A program made the position numbers and the translations under genes. From the IMG/VR virus record IMGVR_UViG_3300031965_000051, positions 1 to 47,245 of that record: 47,245 nt of DNA. One strand, written 5' to 3'. Source of the stretch: a virus. Taxonomy: Duplodnaviria; Caudoviricetes. The notes beneath the pieces were generated by a model, which saw nothing but the letters and a program-made list of their open reading frames with translations, was not told the origin of the DNA and ran no database searches. Below, piece after piece: positions 9,263 to 16,420 of the stretch. Each line of letters opens with the position of its first letter. Within the stretch, counting starts at the first letter, position 1.

Positions 9263-9349
9263 CATCGTACAATGTACGATGGCGGGATCAAGCGAATTCC
9301 GGGGAAAAATCTCGGATTGCCCTAAGTCGTACACGGTACGACACTTAGG
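9263..9349 (-). promoter_or_regulatory. Leftward sigma70-like promoter with two palindromic operators (TCGTAC-N3-GTACGA)
   Basis: Minus strand reads TTGATC-16 nt-TACGAT; palindromes CATCGTACAATGTACGATG (9263-9281) and GTCGTACACGGTACGAC (9326-9342). Confidence 0.7.
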
Positions 9350-9393
9350 CCGGGTCTTTGTTTGAGGAAAACCAACGAGGAAGGGACAAAACC

Positions 9394-9774
9394 TCAAACC
9401 CGCGGCTTCAGCCGGATCGCGATTACAACGAGTAGCACGAGCACGAGGACCGACCAGACGCCGAGCCACCCGTGGGCTTCAGCGGCGCCCGCGAGGATCG
9501 CTAACACGATTAGGGCACCGATCAGGACGCCGAGCATCTGGATCGCGACCGTCAGAACGGCGACGACCATCCACCGCACGCCCCGAAACACCCGCCGCCA
9601 GTTGATCCGCGGCGGCCGCTCGGGGTCCGGTGTCAGCCGGAACGTGAACCGGCAGCGTAAACACTGGGTCATCTTCCCGACCGACTCAGGCGGCGCCAGG
9701 TGGGTCGTGCCGCAATCCGGGCAAGTCACCCGGATCGGCTCGGTGAAGGTTTGCACGCCTTCGACCTCGCGCAT
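9394..9774 (-). CDS. Zn-ribbon (MJ0042-like) protein with two TM helices
   Basis: CPDCG...CLRC followed by two long hydrophobic segments; start codon uncertain. Confidence 0.7.
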   Translation of the reverse strand: MREVEGVQTFTEPIRVTCPDCGTTHLAPPESVGKMTQCLRCRFTFRLTPDPERPPRINWRRVFRGVRWMVVAVLTVAIQMLGVLIGALIVLAILAGAAEAHGWLGVWSVLVLVLLVVIAIRLKPRV

Positions 9775-9830
9775 AAAAAACCCGGTCCGAACGGCGCGGA
9801 GCGGTCCAAACGCAACGCCGGCGGACCGGG
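9775..9830 (-). terminator. Long-stem intrinsic terminator/attenuator (minus strand)
   Basis: CCCGGTCCG (9781-9789) pairs with CGGACCGGG (9822-9830), with an adjacent A-tract ending at 9780. Confidence 0.55.
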
Positions 9831-9991
9831 GGTTGTCGGCTCAGTTGGGGACCGCTCCTACACCGACGCTAAACCGCCCCGCCGCCCGTCGCAAGGGAAA
9901 TCCCCAAAAAACGCGGGTGATCGGGCTACGGGAAGACGGGCTACGGGCGCCTGTAGCCGGTAGCCGGTAGCCCGAAGCCTGTAGCCTGTCG

Positions 9992-10020
9992 AAAAAAACC
10001 CCGCCGGAACGCCCGGCGGG
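9992..10020 (-). terminator. Intrinsic terminator (minus strand)
   Basis: A7 tract next to a CCCGCCGG-aacgc-CCGGCGGG hairpin. Confidence 0.65.
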
Positions 10021-10147
10021 GCCCGCAGTCCCAGCAGCCACCCTGAAGCGGCACCCAGGGAGGCCTCGGTCCCAGACTAGCACACCGCCCCCTCGCCGAC
10101 CCAGCGCGATCGCGAGCGCCCGCACAACCCGAAACGACTGCCTCGTT

Positions 10148-10189
<42 letters not shown>

Positions 10190-10292
10190 TTGGGTTTAGG
10201 ACGTAAGGTTTCAATTGCCAAAGAGTTGCGGTAAAGTCACCCGTTTTGAATATAGCGGACTACTAATCCGCTATTCTCGACTTCGGCGCGCC

Positions 10293-10397
10293 AAAGGCCG
10301 CCGGGCGTTGTCCGGGAACAAGCGAGCGCGTCGCGCAAGGACCCGGAGAGGCTGCGTTCCACAGTGCCTCAACACCAGCGCCCGGCCGGCTTTTTTT
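10293..10397 (+). ncRNA. Candidate c4/CI-like antisense small RNA (three-way junction ending in a U-tract)
   Basis: Outer stem 10300-10310/10376-10386; arms TCCGGG/CCCGGA and GAGGC/GCCTC; loop TTCCACAGT complementary to 11116-11124; T7 at 10391-10397. Confidence 0.55.
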
Positions 10398-10457
10398 GAA
10401 GCGGCGGTCAGCAAATAGCTTTCAGCGGTCAGCTTTCAGCGGGAAAGGCGTGGGGAG

Positions 10458-10646
10458 ATGGCGAGACGGACGCAGATCGAAGTGCTGGAGGAAATTCGGG
10501 AATTGCTCGCCAACCTCGTCGCGGCGGTCGAGGACATCGGGGAGCGGATCGAAGCGAACGACCCGCGGGAGAAGGCTCGCACAATCGCGACGGCGGAGAA
10601 GCTGGTCGACGAAGTCAAAGAGGGATGGCGAACGCCCAACGAGTGA
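10458..10646 (+). CDS. Small helical hypothetical protein, 62 aa
   Basis: Purine-rich sequence before ATG; amphipathic coiled-coil-like sequence. Confidence 0.5.
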   Translation: MARRTQIEVLEEIRELLANLVAAVEDIGERIEANDPREKARTIATAEKLVDEVKEGWRTPNE

Positions 10647-10651
10647 ACGGA

Positions 10652-10912
10652 TCAAGCCGCGTCGTCGAAACCGGCGGCGCCGGCGATCGCTGCGGCCGAC
10701 TGCTCTTCCTCTTCCGGTCCCAGGTTGGTGACGAATTCGAGAATCGCCAGCAGCTCGTCGGCCGCCTTGTTCACGCGGCGAACGATCGTCCGACCCGAGT
10801 AGGAAGGTGCGGCGATGACCGCCCGAGTCATCTCGGCCGACAACTCCGTCAGCGTCTTCGCGCATTCTTCGATCACCGCGCGACGCGTCGGGCGTGGATC
10901 GGGTGCGTTCAT
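10652..10912 (-). CDS. Small helical hypothetical protein, 86 aa
   Basis: Natural amino-acid composition; converges on the previous ORF with a 5-bp gap. Confidence 0.5.
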   Translation of the reverse strand: MNAPDPRPTRRAVIEECAKTLTELSAEMTRAVIAAPSYSGRTIVRRVNKAADELLAILEFVTNLGPEEEEQSAAAIAGAAGFDDAA

Positions 10913-11070
10913 GCCGCGAATTCTAGCAGGCGGGTCGATCCACCGCTAGTTGACCGCCCCCCGTTTGTGTCCTACACTTCGAGCACGATGACTCGGGACG
11001 CGAGGGATCGCGACGAAACGCCCCTTTTCTCCGGCGATTTCGCACGTCCGAAAATTCGCAAGAATTATCC

Positions 11071-11098
11071 TTGACTCCCCGGCCGGGCGCGGTAGATT
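11071..11098 (+). promoter_or_regulatory. Rightward sigma70-like promoter for the integrase/early operon
   Basis: TTGACT-16 nt-TAGATT with an AT-rich stretch upstream. Confidence 0.6.
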
Positions 11099-11104
11099 CG
11101 TCCC

Positions 11105-11360
11105 CCGTGTTGAAAACTGTGGAATGCTGATCCCTTCGATCCGCCTTCCCCTTTGGCCCGAACTCCTGGGCCCTCGAAGGCCGACCCTCTGGGTACGGCT
11201 TCCACAGTTGCCGAACACCGGCTATTCGGGGACCAGGTTTTTTCCTCCGGTTCCGGTCGGGTTGCTCGCCAAGCGCATTCGCCCTTCGGGGCTCTGTCCC
11301 GCGCAACCCGAGACGCCCTGAGGCGGCAGCGCATGGCCGCCTCAGGGCCGGACCGGAGTT
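11105..11360 (+). ncRNA. Highly structured 5' leader upstream of the integrase
   Basis: AACTGTGGAA/TTCCACAGTT (11115-11124/11200-11209); CCTTCGA/TCGAAGG; C-UUCG-G tetraloop at 11281-11292; perfect 12-bp stem 11316-11327/11336-11347. Confidence 0.5.
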
Positions 11361-11517
11361 TTAATCCTCCCCATGTTTTCCCGCGCTCAGCGTGCGCGCG
11401 GGACCGGTCACGAGCGGGCTCAGTCGCCCGCACGGAGGCACTTGGCCATGACGGCAAATTGCGGGGGTGGGACGAGGAGGGCGACGGCTCGCGCAACTTC
11501 CCTTCGAGGAGTCGCGA

Positions 11518-12570
11518 ATGCAAAACGCCTCACCCCCGATTCTTTCATTCCGGGATTTTCAAGCGCCGCGCCGTCATCAGGCGATGGCGTCGATGACGCT
11601 CTCGGAGTTCTTTTGGCGGGTCTACTATCCCAATTACGAGGCCCGGCTCGGCGGCCAGGTCAAGCATCGGACCGTCGAGGACGTGCGGACGACGCTGCGC
11701 CATTGGAAGTGCCTCACCAACGACCCGCCGCTCTCGGAGATCGACGGCAACGACGAGCTGCTCTTGCGGTTTATGGTGCAGCTTCAGCGGCGGGGCCTGA
11801 AGCCGGTCAGCGTGAAAAAGCACGTCCGCTGGGTCCGGACGATCCTGGCGCTGGCCGGATCGGGGCACCGGCACTACGGGGCGAAACGGATCCTTCAGAG
11901 TCTGCCCCACGTGGTCGAGCCCAAGATCGCGCGGGAACGGCCGCGACGGATCCCCGCCGACCTTTTGGGACGGCTCTGGAAGGCGGCGGCGACGGCAACG
12001 AAGCCCTGTTACGCCGGCTGCCGGCCGAGCGACTTCTGGCGCGGCATGATCCTGCTCGGTGCGAACACGGGCCTGCGCACGGGCAACCTGCGGTTTGTGG
12101 CGCGGGCACGGATCGACCGCGAAGCCGGCACGATCCGGCTGTTGTCGGGCGAGACGAAGGGCGCCGTCGAGCAGCTCCTGAGACTCTGGCCCGAGACGTT
12201 GGCGGCACTGGCGAGGCTGGCGCATCGGCACCCGCTCCTCTTTCACTGGCCCGGCCGGTTCGATTTCGCCGCCGAGGTCTCCGCCGGCACCTTTTACACC
12301 GCCTGGCGGCAGTTACAGCATCGGGCCGGCGTCCCCGTGGGCGAGACCAAGTTCCAGGGGTTTCAGGGGATCCGGCGCCGGGTGCTCTCGGAGGTCCTGC
12401 GCTACGGCGGTCGCGAGGCGGCGCAGCTCTACGGCGGCCACGCCTCGTTCGACACCACGCTGGGCCACTACATCGACGACGCCGACGAGATCCTCGACTC
12501 GGCGTTTCAGGCGCGTCCGAAGCCCGCGTTCGTCACGCGCGATTCGCGGCAGATGTCTCTGTTCGATTGA
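11518..12570 (+). CDS. int: Tyrosine recombinase/integrase
   Basis: ANTGLRTGNL (catalytic R), ETKG (K), FQGIRR (HxxR position), GGHAS...TTLGHYID (H and Y). Start may be 11518 or 11584/11593. Confidence 0.9.
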   Translation: MQNASPPILSFRDFQAPRRHQAMASMTLSEFFWRVYYPNYEARLGGQVKHRTVEDVRTTLRHWKCLTNDPPLSEIDGNDELLLRFMVQLQRRGLKPVSVKKHVRWVRTILALAGSGHRHYGAKRILQSLPHVVEPKIARERPRRIPADLLGRLWKAAATATKPCYAGCRPSDFWRGMILLGANTGLRTGNLRFVARARIDREAGTIRLLSGETKGAVEQLLRLWPETLAALARLAHRHPLLFHWPGRFDFAAEVSAGTFYTAWRQLQHRAGVPVGETKFQGFQGIRRRVLSEVLRYGGREAAQLYGGHASFDTTLGHYIDDADEILDSAFQARPKPAFVTRDSRQMSLFD

Positions 12571-12577
12571 TTCCTTT

Positions 12578-12925
12578 CGCCCCGTCCGATCAGGTCGCGA
12601 TGCGTTGTCCCGGCCGGTCGGGCGGGGTTTTTTCTACGGGCTACGGGAAGACGGGCTACGGGCTACAGGCAGACGGGCTACGGGCAGACGGGCTACAGGT
12701 TTCGGGCGCCTGTCTTCCTGTAGCCTGTCTTCCCGTAGCCTGTTTCTCCGCGGGGCGGTTGGCGGGCGTTGTTTTCATCGATGGGACCGCACGGAAAGCC
12801 CCCGCGCACTTGTCGTGCGCGGTTGGACTCGCGCCCGCGCCGCCCCGCGTTTTTTCCCCTGATGCTATTTCTCCGGCCCGTCGTCGGTCGTTGCGGCACC
12901 CCCGGGCGATCGGCGGCGGGTTTTT
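12578..12925 (+). terminator. Three tandem terminator-like stems between int and the early genes
   Basis: GC-rich stems with T-tracts ending near 12633, 12855 (CGCGGGGCGG/CCGCCCCGCG) and 12925. Confidence 0.55.
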
Positions 12926-13033
12926 CAACGGGCTACGGGCAGGCAGGCTACGGGAAGCCGGGAAATCAGGCTACTGGCGCCCGCAGCCTGTCTTCCTGTT
13001 TTCCCGAAGTCTTTCGAATGAAAGGAGTCGGTG

Positions 13034-13384
13034 ATGGCACGGGCCGAGCTGAAGCTGGAGACGCTGAAGGACCTGAACCTCGGGGCCGTCGGGCTCGTCT
13101 GGGACCAGGAGCTGGCGGTCATCATGCACGACCTGCACGATCGGCCGGGCGTGCCGAAGGCCCGCGAGCTGCACCTCATCCTGCGCGTAGAGCCGATCAG
13201 CGAGCACGGCGGGTGCGAATACGTCCGTGGCGACGTCGCGATTTTCTCGAGGCTGCCCAAACGCAAGACCCGCGAGCTGAACTTCGCGACCGACGTGCAG
13301 GGGAGGCTCATTTTCAACTCCGAGTCGCCGGACTCGGTCGATCAGAACACGCTGTTCGGAAAGGAAACTGCAAGCGATGACTGA
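13034..13384 (+). CDS. Conserved phage early protein (YfdP-like position in a gene pair)
   Basis: AAAGGAG SD; DRPGVPKARELHLILRVEP; overlaps the next gene; family call tentative. Confidence 0.6.
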   Translation: MARAELKLETLKDLNLGAVGLVWDQELAVIMHDLHDRPGVPKARELHLILRVEPISEHGGCEYVRGDVAIFSRLPKRKTRELNFATDVQGRLIFNSESPDSVDQNTLFGKETASDD

Positions 13385-14150
13385 AATCACCTCGGCCTTG
13401 GAATTCCTTCGATCGCAGGCGGTCGCCGCCAAGTCGCCGTTCTTCGCCGCCACCGATCAGGTGCCCAACGCCGTTTGGCTGTGTCGCGACGGCATCTCCG
13501 AACGGATCGAACGCGATCCGCCGCCGCGCGGGCACCGCGTCGACACGCTGGAGAGCCTCGTCGATTCGGTCAAACATTATCACGATCCTGGTGCGACAAG
13601 CCTGTGGTGCTCGTTTGCGGAGATCGTCGCGGTCCTCGACGACGGCGAATACCGCGCGAGCCGGATTACGTTCGACCTGAAACCGAGCGAAGTGCTCGGG
13701 GAGATTGAGAAGCACGCCGGTGTCTCGATGGATCACTCGTCCTTACTGCGGCTGCTGCGTTTTTCGCTGGCCGGGTGCTACGAGGACTATCCGGACTTGC
13801 TGCCGGCCCTTCGGCAGGTGAAGGTCAGCCGGAGCCAATCGTCCGATTCGCGACTCGAGCACGGCGACGAGCAGTTGGGTCGCGAGATCGCCGCCAAGAT
13901 CACGTGCGCTCAGGCGCTGCCCGACGCCGTCATCCTCGAGGTGCCGATCTTCGCGAATGGGGCGCTGCTGGACAGCACGCAATCGATCGAGTGCGGCATC
14001 GACATCGACCCGTTCGCCGGCACGTTCCGATTGCTGCCCGCACCGGACGCGATCGAACAGGCGAAACAGGCGGCCGTGCGAGCGATCTTCGACGTGCTTT
14101 CGCGCGAGCTGGCGGACTTGAAAGTGCCGATCTTCCTCGGCAAGCCGTGA
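13377..14150 (+). CDS. Conserved phage early protein (DUF2303/YfdQ-like)
   Basis: H.VDTLESLVD...LPDAVILEVPIF pattern; coupled to the upstream small gene. Confidence 0.55.
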   Translation: MTEITSALEFLRSQAVAAKSPFFAATDQVPNAVWLCRDGISERIERDPPPRGHRVDTLESLVDSVKHYHDPGATSLWCSFAEIVAVLDDGEYRASRITFDLKPSEVLGEIEKHAGVSMDHSSLLRLLRFSLAGCYEDYPDLLPALRQVKVSRSQSSDSRLEHGDEQLGREIAAKITCAQALPDAVILEVPIFANGALLDSTQSIECGIDIDPFAGTFRLLPAPDAIEQAKQAAVRAIFDVLSRELADLKVPIFLGKP

Positions 14151-14165
14151 GAGGAGGGTTGAACG

Positions 14166-14396
14166 TTGAAAGCCGGAAACGAAGGGGCGGCGCTGCTGGC
14201 GTTTGTCACCAAGACGACGCACCTTGAGATCGTTTGCGAACGCTGTGGAAGGATCAACGTGGAGTTGCCGCGTTTCGTCTCCCGGCTGCTGTACGCCAGA
14301 AAGATGGCCCGCCTCGGTTGGCGGGTGATCGACGGAAAGCCGGTCTGCCCCGCGTGCGCTCACGCCGCCGAGCTGGCCGCCGGGAAGCGGACGTGA
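14166..14396 (+). CDS. Small Zn-finger protein
   Basis: CERCG...GWRVIDGKPVCPAC; paralogous motif in 19137-19352. Confidence 0.65.
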   Translation: MKAGNEGAALLAFVTKTTHLEIVCERCGRINVELPRFVSRLLYARKMARLGWRVIDGKPVCPACAHAAELAAGKRT

Positions 14397-14452
14397 CGAC
14401 GGGAATCGAACCGGGGTGAGCGGATTTTCAGGAGCCGAAAGGACGGATTCCA

Positions 14453-14980
14453 ATGCAAAAGCTACCGGAGGCGGTACTCCAGATCGCGGAGCGGGCGGCG
14501 CGGCGGCATAAGTCGGATCTCGAAGCGGCGGGGCGGCTCGCGACAAAGGAAGTGGTCGCGCTACCGCAGTTCGCTAAGCTCGGGCCGCTTCTGATTGCGT
14601 ACGCGATGCGTCAGTTGGTCTACGAGGCCCGTTGCAACGGCAATCGCGCGTTGAAGCGGGAGAACGGTTTTCACACCGGGCACACGAAGGTGTTCGCCGG
14701 GCGCTCGACGAGCGTCGCGGCGGCCGCTTCAAAATCGTACCTGGAATACAACATCGGTTCGACCGTGCTCGGCGATTTGCTCCCGAACGGTCTGAGGGAG
14801 GTCATGATGGGCGAACGGGCGAAGGGAAACGGCCATCTGTTCAACGCGCGGGTGTGCGAGGCGTTGATCGAGATTGTGCCGGAAGAAAAGCGGGTCCGCG
14901 AAGTGGTCAGCGAGCGTCAGCTGAAGGCGATCTGGACGCGAATCGAGAAGGAGTTTTCCGGCGAAGATCAAGCGGCGTAG
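14453..14980 (+). CDS. Hypothetical protein abutting the TIGR array (candidate Tas partner), 175 aa
   Basis: Its stop codon lies inside the stem of array unit 1. Confidence 0.75.
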   Translation: MQKLPEAVLQIAERAARRHKSDLEAAGRLATKEVVALPQFAKLGPLLIAYAMRQLVYEARCNGNRALKRENGFHTGHTKVFAGRSTSVAAAASKSYLEYNIGSTVLGDLLPNGLREVMMGERAKGNGHLFNARVCEALIEIVPEEKRVREVVSERQLKAIWTRIEKEFSGEDQAA

Positions 14981-15286
14981 GCGAACAATGCACTGAACTC
15001 GAACAAAGACGTGCCGAGGCCGCTTTGCACGCGAAGAAGTGTCTGAAACCGAGAGGCGGTGTGCGTGCGAACTTTGACGCGGCGACAGCACGCCTGAAAC
15101 CGAATCAGCCGGTGCCGCGTTTTTGAATTTCTCCCGGCGAAGGCCGCCCTGAAACCGATGAAGGACGTGCCGGGATTGTGATGTGGCGTCGCACGCGAAA
15201 CCGCAACTGAACTCGATTGTTGTCGTGCGTGCGACGGTTGTTTCGGGGCGAGGGCTTGAATGAAACCGATTGATCGATTGCCCCGA
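14971..15286 (+). ncRNA. TIGR-like stem-loop guide RNA array, 6 dual-spacer units
   Basis: Cores at 14981, 15031, 15082, 15137, 15195 and 15248, each GCGA-N9-TGAA(AC/CT)CGA-N9-TGC closed by its own stem; all 12 spacers are exactly 9 nt and unique. Confidence 0.9.
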
Positions 15287-15307
15287 CTTTTCTGACAGGA
15301 GGTCACG

Positions 15308-16147
15308 ATGGACCGAGCCGAGATTTGCGTGGAGCTTCAGGCGCTCGCCAGGGAGCGGGCCGACTACCTGGGCTTTCGGATCAAGAACGAGAACGGGCTG
15401 CGAGCCAAGGTCGCCAGCACATTAGGCTACGAGACGGACCTCGACGAGACCGCGCGGCGCCGCTTGTTTGATGAGGCCGACAAGTTGATCGCGCAGATCA
15501 GCAAGGGGTCGGTCGATGGCCCGGTTGCGCCGCTGGTCCGCGTGGTGCTGCCGTGTATTGAAAGTTTTGATCGCATGGCGAAGAACCTCGAAAAAGAGAC
15601 GCGCCGCCTGGCGGAGCGCCTGCCCGTGGCCGATTGGGTCGAAGACGAGGAGCAACGCGGGTTTGGCCCTTTGTTGCTGGGGCAGCTCATCGGCGAGACC
15701 GGAGATTTGGCGAACTATCCGTCACCGGGGAAGGTGTGGAAGCGGATGGGATGCGCCCCGTTCGAGAAGGACGGGAAAAACCTGATGCCATCGACGTGGC
15801 GGTCCGGGCGCGAAGGGAAGCTCGACAGCGCCGACTGGCAGGCGATCGGCTACTCGCCGCGACGGCGGAGCATCGCGTATCTGATCGGAGATTGCCTTCA
15901 AAAAGGGAACAAGGGCGGTCCGTATCGGCGGCGCTTCGACGAGGCGAAGGCGGCAATCGCCGTCGAACATCCGGATTACAAGCCGATGCGTTGCCACCTG
16001 CACGGGATGCTGCTGGCGAGCAAGCTGCTGATGAGAAACCTTTGGGACGAATGGACCCGACCGAGCCGCGAGGGGACCCCTGAATCCGATATGGTGCGTG
16101 CGGCCGTCGGTTCCATCTCGTCAGAAACGCTTACTGCTACGCTTTAA
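15308..16147 (+). CDS. Nop/IS110 C-terminal-domain RNA-binding protein lacking RuvC/HNH (TasA-like)
   Basis: AGGAGG SD; coiled coil, then RGFGPLLLGQLIGETGDLANYPSPGKVWKRMGCAP (IS110 Transposase_20/Nop-like), YRRRFDEAK, and SKLLMRNLWDEW; no DEDD N-terminus; adjacent to the guide array. Confidence 0.85.
   Translation: MDRAEICVELQALARERADYLGFRIKNENGLRAKVASTLGYETDLDETARRRLFDEADKLIAQISKGSVDGPVAPLVRVVLPCIESFDRMAKNLEKETRRLAERLPVADWVEDEEQRGFGPLLLGQLIGETGDLANYPSPGKVWKRMGCAPFEKDGKNLMPSTWRSGREGKLDSADWQAIGYSPRRRSIAYLIGDCLQKGNKGGPYRRRFDEAKAAIAVEHPDYKPMRCHLHGMLLASKLLMRNLWDEWTRPSREGTPESDMVRAAVGSISSETLTATL
16051..16116 (+). ncRNA. Seventh TIGR-like unit embedded in the 3' end of the tas CDS
   Basis: GCGA-ggggacccc-TGAATCCGA-tatggtgcg-TGC (16068-16101), closed by ATGGACCCGAC/GTCGGTTCCAT. 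Confidence 0.85.
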
Positions 16148-16420
16148 CCCCCGACCCCCGACCCCCGACCCCCAGGTGAATCATGCTCCTCATCGCCCTG
16201 TTCCTAGCGTTCGTGAGCTACTTCGCCGGCGCTCTCGTCGGCTTTCACCTCGGCGTCCGCTGGGGCCGGCGGCCGGTCGTCCGCGAGTCGTCGCTGGTCG
16301 GACCGAGGGAAGGCGGGCTACAGGAAGACAGGCGCCTGAAGCCCGTAGCCCGTAGCCTGTAGCCCGAAGCCAGTAGCCTGAAGCCGGAATCATTGCGAAA
16401 ACCACGCGGAGGGAAAACCG

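Noticed and set aside
9836-9870. tRNA D-arm-like GCTCAGTTGG
   Set aside because: No anticodon arm or T-arm at the expected spacing.
13665-13698. Additional TIGR unit at TGAAACCGA (13678)
   Set aside because: No GCGA or TGC at the 9-nt offsets and no closing stem; it lies inside a CDS.
14971-15286. CRISPR array
   Set aside because: Constant parts are only 3-9 nt, each unit has two 9-nt variable segments, stems differ between units, and there are no cas genes.
15308-16147. Intact or decayed IS110 transposase
   Set aside because: No N-terminal DEDD RuvC domain and no sign of decay; it has a strong SD and is flanked by multiple guide-like units, which fits a Tas protein better.
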